A stretch of 64,000 nucleotides of DNA from Eubacteriales bacterium (GTDB lineage Bacteria; Bacillota; Clostridia; Oscillospirales; CAG-272): the NCBI GenBank assembly GCA_045651165.1, contig JAZRRX010000039.1:111448-175447 (forward strand). The letters run 5' to 3'. This document shows, piece after piece, positions 1 to 9,140 of the stretch. Position numbers and translations under genes: made by a program. The notes beneath the pieces are model-generated. The model worked only from the letters and a program-made list of their open reading frames with translations. It was not told the origin of the DNA and made no database searches. How positions within the stretch are numbered: position 1 is the first letter of the stretch; every line of letters starts with the position of its first letter.

Positions 1-2997
1 ACTTATGCACAAAGAGCATATGCAAAAACAACACTTAAGGTTGCATACAATGGTATGAGAAAAATCGTAATCACTTGTGATGATTACGAAGGTAACGGTC
101 AGAAGTATTATACTGGTATGGACGGTATGACAGTGGACGGTGCTGTAATCGTTCGTAAAGATGCAGTTATTTCTATTTACTTCCCCAATGGTCCTGTAAA
201 CGAATTCCTTACCACTCCTATTGCTTCTCAGCTTCGTATTGAGAAAATTGAAGTATTCACATCTTTGACAGCTGAAGACCAGGCTGCTATCAGCGGCGCT
301 GGTAACCAGGGCGGTACAACTGAGACTTATGAAGCTCCTGTTGAAGGTACTGCTTATAAGCTCTACCTTTATCAGGTTGATGCTGATGGAATTTATTACT
401 TCAAGGCAGGTGCACTCGACAAAGGTCAATTCCTTCCCACAACTACAATTTTTGATCAAGCAACTGATATTTTCTTTGAAGTTGTTGACGGTGGATATCA
501 TATCTACTACATGGATGGAGAAAATAAGACTTACATCAATGCTGAAGGTTATAAAAAGAGTAGCGGTTATCTTGGCGCTAAATTTGTAGTTGGCACAGAG
601 CCCAACTGCGTATGGACATATAATGAAACATTCGGTATTTTTGAAGTTGAACTTGCATCTGACGAAGTTACCCAGGGCACAAATCCCGATACATTCTTTG
701 CAGGAACATACACTCAAGACGGCATGGCTCCTTTTACAACAGTTAGTTTGTCCGGTTCTTACTACAAAGACCAGATTACAACAGGAACACAGTATCCTGC
801 AAGAATTTCTGCAAGCGCTAACGGTGCTGTAAGCAAGCCCACAACAAATCCTGACCAGGGTGGCGATCAGCCCACAACTCCTAATTATACAGCTCCCGAA
901 ACAGGTAAAGCTTATAAGTTCTACCTTGAACAGAAGTTACAAAACAAGAATTTCTACTTCAATGGTGGCTCTGAATCATACGGTGGTGGCTTTATTTTCC
1001 AAACAAGCGAATCAAGCGATGATGCTGTTGAAATCTTCTTCGAAACAAACGGAAACGGTTACAATATCTACTTCTACGATGCTAACAATGTAAAAACTTA
1101 CTTTGATGTTGCTCCTTACAGTGGTGGTACACCATTTAAGTGTCAGTTTAAACTTTCAACTGAGGTTCCTAGTACAGTATGGACATTCGACACAACATAC
1201 GGTGTTATCAAAGCAAGTGTTACATTTGAAGGTAATACTGCAGAATTCTATGCTGGTAACTATGATTCTGGTACAACTATTAGACTTTCCAACTATAGCT
1301 ATGTTGGTCAGTTGTTGGATACAACTAAAAATCAGTATGCTGCAAGAATAGTTCCTGCTGATGGTACTATTGTAAATCCTGAACAGCCTAATCCTGAACA
1401 GCCTAATCCCGAACAGCCCGGTGAAACAACTGGTGCTCTTACATCTCTTAAGACAGGTGACGTAGTTTATATCGTAGCTCCTGCTTACAATATGGCAATG
1501 TCCTCAACTCTTGTATCTACATATTATCAAGTTGCAGTAGATGTTACTAACGGATTCTCTGGACTTACAGATGCCGAAAAATGGACTGTAACAAAGAATG
1601 ACGATGGTTCTTATACTTTTACATCTCTTACTAACTACAGACTTTCTCAGTCCGAAGGATATAATTCATTCAATTCAACTACAGAAAATTATAAGTGGAC
1701 ACTTGAAGAGGTTAGCACAGGCGTATTCAAGATTAAAAATGCAGATACTGCAGGTTATATTGAGTATTATGCTACAAAAGGTAACTGGAGTATCTATACA
1801 AATCCAAACGATGCTCAATATGAAATCGCATTCTACTCTGTTGACGGTACTGTAACACCTCCTTCTACTGACGACGGTGATGATAATGAGGGTAGTGGAA
1901 CTACTCCTCCTGCTGGTGATGAAGACGGCAACGAAGAAGGCGTTATGACTCACGCTGAATATCTTGCAGTTGCAAAGGGTGGCAGCGTATGCATTAAGGG
2001 TTACGTATCATACATTTCCGGTAACAACACATTCCTTGTTGATGCTGAAGGTAATGGTTATTATCTTTACGGTTCTGCAGTTGACGCAACTGTAGGTGAA
2101 GAGATTATCGTAACAGGCACACAGGATATCTTCAATAATTTGTATGAAGTTAAAAGCTTCACATATGAAAAGACCGGTAATACAACAACAGTTGCTCCTG
2201 TTGATTACACAGAAACGCTTGCTGCTAATGGCTTTAATGTAACAAAAGAACTTCAAAACAAGCTTGTTGTATTCACAGGCACTTTGACTGCTAGCAAAAC
2301 CGTTACTGTTGGCGGTAAAACAGTTGCTCTCTACTATAAAGGTAGTGTAAATGAGCCTGCTGTAGGTGCAGAAGTAACAGTAATTGGTGTACTTTCTGTT
2401 TATAACTCAAATAGCCAGGTTTTGGTATGGAATCAGGATGGTTTGAAAGTTGCTGAGCACACATGTGAAGGTCAATATCCTTGTTCTTCTACATGCAAGA
2501 TTTGTAACCAAGCTGTTACTGCAGCTGACCACACATACGAAGACGGATTCTGCGTTTGCGGACAACCTCAACCCTCTGCTGGTCAGACAACTGTTACAGT
2601 TTCCATTGCTGATTACGCTACTGCTAACAATTGGGCAAATGGTGTTGCATATAATACACTCACCATGGATGATAACATTACTGTAACTGCTAATAAAACA
2701 ACTGGTAATAACTCGAATACTGGTAAATATTATAACAATGGTACTAACTGGAGAATGTATCAAAACGAAGCTCCAGAAATCAAGGTAACTGCTGCAGAAG
2801 GAAAAACAATAGTATCTATAAAAATAACATATTCTAATGCTAATACAGGTATTCTTACATCTAATGGCCAAAACATTACTTCTGGTACAATTGTAACAGT
2901 AAATGCTAATTCTATAACATTTAGTGTAGGCAATACAAACAGTTCGACTACAAATGGAAATATTCAAATTACTAATATTGAGGTAATTTACCAATAA
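1..2997 (+). CDS. Large secreted/cell-surface repeat protein (5' end outside window)
   Basis: Frame is open from nt 1 (no stop before the ATG at 55). Two ~170-aa tandem internal repeats (YEAPVEGTAYKLYLYQ... and YTAPETGKAYKFYLEQ...), a PEQPN x3 linker and a Cys-rich HTCEG..CKIC..CVCG segment. No catalytic motif recognised. Confidence 0.6.
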   Translation, partial: TYAQRAYAKTTLKVAYNGMRKIVITCDDYEGNGQKYYTGMDGMTVDGAVIVRKDAVISIYFPNGPVNEFLTTPIASQLRIEKIEVFTSLTAEDQAAISGAGNQGGTTETYEAPVEGTAYKLYLYQVDADGIYYFKAGALDKGQFLPTTTIFDQATDIFFEVVDGGYHIYYMDGENKTYINAEGYKKSSGYLGAKFVVGTEPNCVWTYNETFGIFEVELASDEVTQGTNPDTFFAGTYTQDGMAPFTTVSLSGSYYKDQITTGTQYPARISASANGAVSKPTTNPDQGGDQPTTPNYTAPETGKAYKFYLEQKLQNKNFYFNGGSESYGGGFIFQTSESSDDAVEIFFETNGNGYNIYFYDANNVKTYFDVAPYSGGTPFKCQFKLSTEVPSTVWTFDTTYGVIKASVTFEGNTAEFYAGNYDSGTTIRLSNYSYVGQLLDTTKNQYAARIVPADGTIVNPEQPNPEQPNPEQPGETTGALTSLKTGDVVYIVAPAYNMAMSSTLVSTYYQVAVDVTNGFSGLTDAEKWTVTKNDDGSYTFTSLTNYRLSQSEGYNSFNSTTENYKWTLEEVSTGVFKIKNADTAGYIEYYATKGNWSIYTNPNDAQYEIAFYSVDGTVTPPSTDDGDDNEGSGTTPPAGDEDGNEEGVMTHAEYLAVAKGGSVCIKGYVSYISGNNTFLVDAEGNGYYLYGSAVDATVGEEIIVTGTQDIFNNLYEVKSFTYEKTGNTTTVAPVDYTETLAANGFNVTKELQNKLVVFTGTLTASKTVTVGGKTVALYYKGSVNEPAVGAEVTVIGVLSVYNSNSQVLVWNQDGLKVAEHTCEGQYPCSSTCKICNQAVTAADHTYEDGFCVCGQPQPSAGQTTVTVSIADYATANNWANGVAYNTLTMDDNITVTANKTTGNNSNTGKYYNNGTNWRMYQNEAPEIKVTAAEGKTIVSIKITYSNANTGILTSNGQNITSGTIVTVNANSITFSVGNTNSSTTNGNIQITNIEVIYQ

Positions 2998-3028
2998 TTC
3001 AAATGAATTATTATTCTAATAATTTTTT

Positions 3029-3058
3029 GCACACACCCTTCAGGGTGTGTGCTTTTTT
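3029..3058 (+). terminator. Rho-independent terminator after the surface-protein gene
   Basis: 10-bp stem GCACACACCC/GGGTGTGTGC, 4-nt loop, then TTTTTT; about 30 nt after the stop at 2997. Confidence 0.8.
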
Positions 3059-3099
3059 ATATAAACAAAAATAGCAGGGACTTTTCCCTGCTGGTTTTA

Positions 3100-3193
3100 T
3101 TGTCATTCTGGAGCGAAACGAAGTGAAGCGATAGAATCTCGTTTTTATTTGGTGTAGATTCTATCGGTCGTTACACTTACTCCAGAATGACAA
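3100..3193. repeat. 94-nt imperfect palindromic element between convergent genes
   Basis: Perfect 14-nt terminal inverted repeat TTGTCATTCTGGAG (3100-3113) / CTCCAGAATGACAA (3180-3193), plus inner arms CGATAGAATCT (3129-3139) / AGATTCTATCG (3156-3166). No ORF. Confidence 0.6.
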
Positions 3194-3200
3194 GTAAATG

Positions 3201-3926
3201 TTAAAATTTCATATTCTTGAGTTTTTCAAATGCCGGCAAGTCAGTTCTCTCTTTTGTCATTGGAGTTACCGATATAAATCCTTCGCCAAAGGCAACGCTA
3301 TCACGTGTTTTATCCTCGGGACAAGTATCGCATATCATTTGTCCGTATTGTCTATAGGTAATTTCATCAACTTGATAGAAGGCATCAGAGAAAAATCCGT
3401 CACCCTGTTTCGTTATCTTAATTCCCTTTACTTCTTCTGGAATGTTAACGTTATAAAGGTCGGAATAATCAAAAAGATTATTCTTAACTATAAAATTGAA
3501 TGCATCGTCAAGATATTTTGAGGCGCCTTCGAGATTTTCGGGAGTTGTGGAGAAAGCTATTCCCTTATGGTGCTGATTTCCTGCCTCAAAAATTGCGCCC
3601 ATCGTTCCCGAATAGATTATATCACCACTCATATTTGTACCACGATTTATGCCGGAGAGGACAACGTCATATTGTCTGTGTAGTCCAAAAATGCCAAATC
3701 TTACACAATCAGCCGGGGTTGACGCCATAGACCATGCTTCAACACCCTCTAAAAAATCAACGCGTTTAATTTCTATGGGATTCATAAAGTCGATAGCGTG
3801 GCTTTTTCCACTTTGCTCATATTTTGGAGCTACAACAGTTACTTCTCCATACTGTAAAGCCCATTTCGCAAGAAGCTTAATGCCCTCTGCATTGATGCCG
3901 TCATCGTTTACTATAAGGAATCTCAT
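3201..3926 (-). CDS. surE: 5'/3'-nucleotidase SurE
   Basis: N-terminal MRFLIVNDDGINAEGIKLL (SurE NDDG signature); 241 aa is a typical length. Confidence 0.9.
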   Translation of the reverse strand: MRFLIVNDDGINAEGIKLLAKWALQYGEVTVVAPKYEQSGKSHAIDFMNPIEIKRVDFLEGVEAWSMASTPADCVRFGIFGLHRQYDVVLSGINRGTNMSGDIIYSGTMGAIFEAGNQHHKGIAFSTTPENLEGASKYLDDAFNFIVKNNLFDYSDLYNVNIPEEVKGIKITKQGDGFFSDAFYQVDEITYRQYGQMICDTCPEDKTRDSVAFGEGFISVTPMTKERTDLPAFEKLKNMKF

Positions 3927-4906
3927 AACCAGCCCTCATTATTCTCTTTAAATTCCTTAATAAGAGCGTCAGCATCTGCGATAAACTGTGCCATTTCTTC
4001 TTTTGAATGAAGTGTAGCACCACAAGCGCACTCGTGTCCACCACCGCGATATTTTTCAGCAAGAGGATTTACGGGAACAAATCTTGAACGCAATCTTACG
4101 CGTATTGTTCCGTCTGCATTATCAATAAATGCAATCCAGATGATTGAACCACGAATGGAGTCCATAAAACTAACAGATGCAGATGCTTGCTCATTTGTAA
4201 GTGCAAATTTTTCTTGCATTTCTCTATCAATATAAAGGTATACAAGTCCATTCTCTGTCATTTCCATCTTTTCGTGAGCATAGGATTCGAATTTGAACTC
4301 ATTGAACTCTTTAAGGTAAAGATTTGCATAGAGGAGATCAGTGTCAATACCCTGGTCGAGCATAAGTCCAGCTAAACGAAGTGTATCACCCGAAACGTCA
4401 CGGAAACGGAAGCGACCACTATCGGTGACCATACCACAGTAGATATATGTTGCAGCTTCTTTATTGATTTTAAGCTCGTCTTTGAACGTATCATAAAACT
4501 CTGCAATCATTTCACATGTTGAAGATTTTTCTTCAATAACCCAATGATAATCGCCATAGTGTTTATCTACAATATGGTGATCAATTTTAACTATTTCTTT
4601 GCAAAGAGCATATTTTTTGTTAGAAATTCTATCTTCAGTACCTGTATCAAGGACTAAACCAAGTGCATCTGCATAATATTCGTCGGCTACCGGCTCGTCC
4701 TCACCACCAAGGAATTTGAGGTAATCTGAATAATCCGAGTTGAGCAAAAGAATTTCTTTTTCGGGATATGTCAATCTCAAAATTTCACGAAGTCCTTTTG
4801 TTGAGCCTGTAGCATCACCATCAGGACGAAAATGACGGAAAATTATGATTTTATTATATTCTTTAATTTTATCAAGTATCTGTTTTTTTCTTTCAAAATT
4901 TGTCAT
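3923..4906 (-). CDS. DHH/DHHA1 phosphoesterase, NrnA-like
   Basis: DHH motifs RHFRPDGDATGS, VLDTGT and KIDHH, plus DHHA1 GGGH (YRGGGHECACGA). Overlaps the surE start by 4 nt. Confidence 0.85.
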   Translation of the reverse strand: MTNFERKKQILDKIKEYNKIIIFRHFRPDGDATGSTKGLREILRLTYPEKEILLLNSDYSDYLKFLGGEDEPVADEYYADALGLVLDTGTEDRISNKKYALCKEIVKIDHHIVDKHYGDYHWVIEEKSSTCEMIAEFYDTFKDELKINKEAATYIYCGMVTDSGRFRFRDVSGDTLRLAGLMLDQGIDTDLLYANLYLKEFNEFKFESYAHEKMEMTENGLVYLYIDREMQEKFALTNEQASASVSFMDSIRGSIIWIAFIDNADGTIRVRLRSRFVPVNPLAEKYRGGGHECACGATLHSKEEMAQFIADADALIKEFKENNEGWL

Positions 4907-4920
4907 GTTTGATTCCTTTC

Positions 4921-5853
4921 TTATTTGGTCAACGCGATAAGATCAGAGAGCATATTCATTGCCTCTTCTCTATCTTTTATGGTTGCACCACTTGCTTTAG
5001 CGTGTCCACCACCACCGTATTTTACTGCAATAGGATTAATATTATACTTATTTGAACGAATTTCGCAAAGAACTCCGTTTTCAGTTTCAGTAAAGTTTAC
5101 CCAAATGTCAATTCCTTTAATATCACCCATAGTATTAACCATTCCGCGTGAAATTGTGAAGGTATCAGCATTATAACCCTTTGCTTCTTCAAGTGTGGTA
5201 TATATGTATGCAACAGGATGCTCAGTTTTATTAATTTTAAGAACAAATTTTGCTCTTAATTGAACCGAATTAAGTTCGTCAGCATAGAGATTTGAGAAAA
5301 TATCGTTAGTGTTGAACTTTTGCTCCATAAGGAAAGATGCTACCTTGAATGTTTGTGCACTAACGGAATCATAGCGGAATCTTCCTGAGTCGGTAATCAT
5401 ACCTGTATAAAGTGCTTTAGCTGCTATTGGTGTCAATTTAAGGCCTGTTTGCATCGTAAACATCCCTATAAGACCACAACAAGATTCGAATGATGTGTCA
5501 ATAACCTCGATATGTGCGAATTCTTCGCAGAAAATGTGATGATCCATTTTGATAACAGTATCTGCAAGTTTATATCTTTCATCACTAATAAGGGCTGTTG
5601 CGCTTGTGTCAAGAACAAATGCAAGTGCGCCATTGTAATATTCATCAGGAATTGTATCAGTAGCAGAGTCCTCAATAAAACCATAGCGCTTTGATGCATC
5701 CCCAACTGCATAAATTTCCTTTTCTGGATAATTCTCTTTTAATATATGCTTTAATCCTACCTGGGAGCCAATAGCATCACCATCGGGATTGGAATGTCTG
5801 TGAATTATTATTCTATCATATTTTTCAATAGTTTCTATAACTTTTTTAAACAT
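4921..5853 (-). CDS. DHH/DHHA1 phosphoesterase, NrnA-like (paralog)
   Basis: HRHSNPDGDAIGS, VLDTSA, KMDHH, GGGGHAKASGA. Start moved to the ATG at 5853, preceded by GAAAGGAA; the ORF track starts at 5880. Confidence 0.85.
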   Translation of the reverse strand: MFKKVIETIEKYDRIIIHRHSNPDGDAIGSQVGLKHILKENYPEKEIYAVGDASKRYGFIEDSATDTIPDEYYNGALAFVLDTSATALISDERYKLADTVIKMDHHIFCEEFAHIEVIDTSFESCCGLIGMFTMQTGLKLTPIAAKALYTGMITDSGRFRYDSVSAQTFKVASFLMEQKFNTNDIFSNLYADELNSVQLRAKFVLKINKTEHPVAYIYTTLEEAKGYNADTFTISRGMVNTMGDIKGIDIWVNFTETENGVLCEIRSNKYNINPIAVKYGGGGHAKASGATIKDREEAMNMLSDLIALTK

Positions 5854-6046
5854 TATTTTATTCCTTTCATACTTTATCATTATATTATACTATAAAATCA
5901 ATGATTTTGCAAACATTTTTTGAAGGTTTTTGAAATAATTTTATTAATATTGCAATTATTTTATAGTAAGTACTTGAAAAATAGAAAAATATAGGTTATA
6001 ATTAATTGGATAATAATGTAATTATTTATATTAGGAGGATATTTCT

Positions 6047-6955
6047 TTGAATAATTCTAAGAAAAAACCAATTATAGCAATTTGCTATGACTTTGACAAA
6101 ACTCTTTCTCCCGATGATATGCAGACATTTACTCTCATTCCCTCTTTTGGTGTGAACGTTGGTCAATTCTGGCATGAGTCGGACGAGCTCGCAAAAGATA
6201 ATCGCATGGAAATGAACCTTGCTTGGATGTATGAGCTTATAAAGTATTCACAGTTTAAAGGTAAATCTCTTAAGCGTCAGTATTTTATCGACAGTGGCGC
6301 TGAGGTTAAACTCTATGAAGGTGTTAAAACATGGTTCCAAAGAATCAATCAGTACGCTGAATCTAAAGGCATTGAGGTTGAACACTATGTTATTTCTTCT
6401 GGGCTTCGTGAAATTATCGAGGGTAGTGAAATAGCAAGCGAATTCAAGAAGATTTATGCTTCATCTTATCTCTATAACGCAGACGATGTTGCTGTTTGGC
6501 CCGCACAGGCAGTTAACTACACAAACAAAACTCAATATCTTTTCAGAATCTCCAAGGGCTTCCTTGAAGAACACGATGAAAGAGTAAACGATAGCATCCC
6601 CTCTAACGAACGCAGAATTCCCTTCTCAAACATGGTTTACATAGGTGACTCTGCTACTGATATTCCTTGTATGCACCTCGTTAAAGAGCGCGGTGGTTAT
6701 ACTATTGGCGTATTTGACCCCGTAAAAGACAATCGTGCAAAGGTTTACAAACTCCTTACTGAAGGCAGACTTACTTTCTATGCACCTGCAGATTACACTG
6801 CTAAGAGTGCTATGAGCAAATATATGAAGCAGATTATTGATACTATTGCTCTTAATGAAAAAATCAAAGAAGAGCAAAGACATCTTGAACAACCTGCTAT
6901 TGACTTTATGATTGCTAAGCAAAATGCTGACGACGATCAAATCCAAATTCTTTAA
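6047..6955 (+). CDS. HAD-superfamily hydrolase-like protein
   Basis: HAD motifs CYDFDKTL (DxDxT), VISSGL and YIGDSATD. TTG start after a GGAGGA RBS. Confidence 0.65.
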   Translation: MNNSKKKPIIAICYDFDKTLSPDDMQTFTLIPSFGVNVGQFWHESDELAKDNRMEMNLAWMYELIKYSQFKGKSLKRQYFIDSGAEVKLYEGVKTWFQRINQYAESKGIEVEHYVISSGLREIIEGSEIASEFKKIYASSYLYNADDVAVWPAQAVNYTNKTQYLFRISKGFLEEHDERVNDSIPSNERRIPFSNMVYIGDSATDIPCMHLVKERGGYTIGVFDPVKDNRAKVYKLLTEGRLTFYAPADYTAKSAMSKYMKQIIDTIALNEKIKEEQRHLEQPAIDFMIAKQNADDDQIQIL

Positions 6956-6962
6956 TAACCAC

Positions 6963-6998
6963 AATACGGTATGCACAAATGTGCATACCGTATTTTTT
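6963..6998. terminator. Bidirectional terminator between convergent genes
   Basis: 14-bp stem AATACGGTATGCAC/GTGCATACCGTATT, 4-nt loop, T-run; overlaps the stop of the minus-strand permease gene. Confidence 0.8.
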
Positions 6999-7728
6999 AT
7001 TGCTTTTTCATTTGTCTGCAAAATAGAATTATTGCAACTACTACAGTAACAATTACATAAGCTAATACTACAAATAAATGTGGAAGAATATCACTAAAAT
7101 TACCGTTTAATGCTGCTCTTTCCAATTCCACCGCGTGCACAAAAGGAAGTGCATATGAAATCTTTTTAAATGCTCCCCCAACAAGTTCAAGATCAAACCA
7201 AACTCCAGAAAGCCATGCAGAAAGATTTGTGAGCAATGCTCCACATATTCCACCCACTTGCTTATCATTCAAAACACTTCCACAAAGAAGTCCTAATGCG
7301 ATATAAAATATGGATACAGGAATAATCAAAAGTATTGCAAATAAAATATTTATGCTAAATTCGAGTCCCAAGATAAGAGCTACAATGTAGCATATTAGTG
7401 ATTGAGCAATAGCAATTGGAATCATTGGCAACGCATAGCCAAGAATAAAATCAATAGAAGTTAATGGTGTTGTATATAATCTTTGTAACAATGAACTGCT
7501 TCTATCTTTAGCTATTATAGTAGCAGAAAACAAAGTCATAAATGCTAAACCAAATACAGTTACACCAGGTGTTAACTTTTCAATTTCAAAAAGTGAAACA
7601 GGCACATTTGCTTGAATTGCGCTAAGCAATAAAATCAAAACAAGTGGAAATCCAAGTTCAAAGAATAAGTTGAGTGGATCTCTCAATATTTCTTTTGTAT
7701 TTCTTTTGGCAAAGGACAACATTTTCAT
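6997..7728 (-). CDS. ABC-2 type transporter permease
   Basis: 243 aa with multiple hydrophobic helices; immediately downstream of the ABC ATPase gene with no gap. Confidence 0.75.
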   Translation of the reverse strand: MKMLSFAKRNTKEILRDPLNLFFELGFPLVLILLLSAIQANVPVSLFEIEKLTPGVTVFGLAFMTLFSATIIAKDRSSSLLQRLYTTPLTSIDFILGYALPMIPIAIAQSLICYIVALILGLEFSINILFAILLIIPVSIFYIALGLLCGSVLNDKQVGGICGALLTNLSAWLSGVWFDLELVGGAFKKISYALPFVHAVELERAALNGNFSDILPHLFVVLAYVIVTVVVAIILFCRQMKKQ

Positions 7729-8454
7729 TTATATGCCCCCCTTTACAATATTGATAAATGCTTGCTCAAAATTATCTGTTTGAGCGCTTTTCTTAATATT
7801 TTCAGCAGTATCACATATAAGAAGTTTACCATCTTTCATTATTGCAATTCTATCTGAAAGTGCCTCTGCTTCTTCCATATAATGAGTAGTTAAAACTATT
7901 GTAATCTTTCCTTTAAGTGAACGGATTAAATCCCAAAGCTCACTTCGAGCTAAAACATCAAGCCCAAGTGTTGGTTCGTCGAGAAACAAAATTTGGGGCT
8001 CACTAATCAAAGCCATTGCTATGCTAACTCTTCTTTGCCATCCGCCAGAAAGTTTGCCAGCTTTTTTATTAATTATCGATTCGAGCTTGAGTAATTCAGT
8101 TAATTCGGTAATTTTTGCGTTTTTCTTATCTTTATCAAATCCATGAACACCACACATAAGTTCAAGATTTTCATACGTCGAAAGTCCCGGTGCAACTGCC
8201 GTTTCTTGAGGAGAAACAGCTATAATAGCTTTGACGGATGCAACGTCTTTAGTAATACTTTTGCCATCTAAAAATGCATCTCCACATGTTGGTTTTGTAA
8301 GACCGGATAACATCTTGATTGTTGTCGTTTTACCCGCTCCATTTACTCCCAACAAAGAAAACAATTCTCCCTTATCTATTGTCAGTGAGAGATTATCTAC
8401 TGCTAATACATCACGATATTCCTTTGAAAGATTTACAATTTTAATTGCGTGCAT
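7729..8454 (-). CDS. ABC transporter ATP-binding protein
   Basis: Walker A GVNGAGKTT, signature LSGGWQRR, Walker B ILFLDEPTLGLD. Start set to the ATG at 8454 behind GGAGGA. Confidence 0.9.
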   Translation of the reverse strand: MHAIKIVNLSKEYRDVLAVDNLSLTIDKGELFSLLGVNGAGKTTTIKMLSGLTKPTCGDAFLDGKSITKDVASVKAIIAVSPQETAVAPGLSTYENLELMCGVHGFDKDKKNAKITELTELLKLESIINKKAGKLSGGWQRRVSIAMALISEPQILFLDEPTLGLDVLARSELWDLIRSLKGKITIVLTTHYMEEAEALSDRIAIMKDGKLLICDTAENIKKSAQTDNFEQAFINIVKGGI

Positions 8455-9019
8455 CAATTTCTCCTCCATCTAAATGTTTTGACAAAACTCCGTGATAAAC
8501 ATCGCTTGTCATTTGGCTAATAACGTCCCATTCTAGTTCGAAAAATGAAGTTGCTATCATTGTAGCAATACCGTGAACACAAGTCCACATTTCAAAATGC
8601 ATAAATTGTGCTTTTTCATAACTCAAACCCGTTGATTTCATAATCATTTGAACAGATTCTTCAAAATCAATTGATATAGAATTTTCTTCATTAGTTCTAT
8701 CTCGCATAAACAAAATTTTGAAGAGTTCTCTTTCTTCTTTGGCAAAGCGAATATAAGCCATTCCATATGCCTTATATTGTGGATATTTTTGACTTCTAGC
8801 TTCATTTGTTAGGAATGAAAGATAAATATTATATATTCCAACTATAACCTCTTGCTCTAATTCTTCCATTGAATCGAAATTTGAAAAAATAGGTTGTGTT
8901 GAACAATTTAACGCATTTGCAATTGCTCTAGCATTAATAGAACCATCACCATTGGTGCGTATAAGCTTTATTGCAGTGGCAATTATATCATCTTTTGTTA
9001 CTTTTATTCTTGGTGCCAT
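8441..9019 (-). CDS. TetR-family transcriptional regulator
   Basis: 192 aa with an N-terminal HTH region (ARAIANALNCSTQPIFSNF); first gene of the ABC export operon, overlapping it. Confidence 0.75.
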   Translation of the reverse strand: MAPRIKVTKDDIIATAIKLIRTNGDGSINARAIANALNCSTQPIFSNFDSMEELEQEVIVGIYNIYLSFLTNEARSQKYPQYKAYGMAYIRFAKEERELFKILFMRDRTNEENSISIDFEESVQMIMKSTGLSYEKAQFMHFEMWTCVHGIATMIATSFFELEWDVISQMTSDVYHGVLSKHLDGGEIDARN

Positions 9020-9036
9020 ATATTTAATCCTCCGTA

Positions 9037-9054
9037 ATATAACACTCGTTATAT
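9037..9054. promoter_or_regulatory. Candidate TetR operator
   Basis: Inverted repeat ATATAAC-N4-GTTATAT, 18-35 nt upstream of the TetR start codon. Confidence 0.35.
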
Positions 9055-9103
9055 ATCATATGTTATTTTACCACATGTATATTAATATGTCAATAGAATT
9101 ATG

Positions 9104-9135
9104 AAAAAAGCACTAGAATAAAAATCCTAGTGCTT
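9104..9135 (-). terminator. Terminator of the carboxypeptidase gene
   Basis: Stem AAGCACTAG/CTAGTGCTT; an A-run on the plus strand gives a T-run on the minus strand. Just downstream of the stop at 9141. Confidence 0.7.
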
Positions 9136-9140
9136 TAGTT

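Noticed and set aside
1375-1420. 15-nt tandem nucleotide repeat (CCTGAACAGCCTAAT x3)
   Set aside because: It lies in frame inside the surface-protein CDS and encodes the PEQPN linker, so it is a coding low-complexity repeat and not a regulatory or CRISPR-like feature.
2407-2994. 195-aa minus-strand ORF, together with similar long antisense ORFs (12566-13060, 35170-35595, 42038-42505, 47686-48129, 50479-51009, 55649-56272, 57764-58444, 59900-60439)
   Set aside because: All are shadow ORFs fully nested opposite well-supported genes, with low-complexity or Cys/Ile-rich translations and no RBS.
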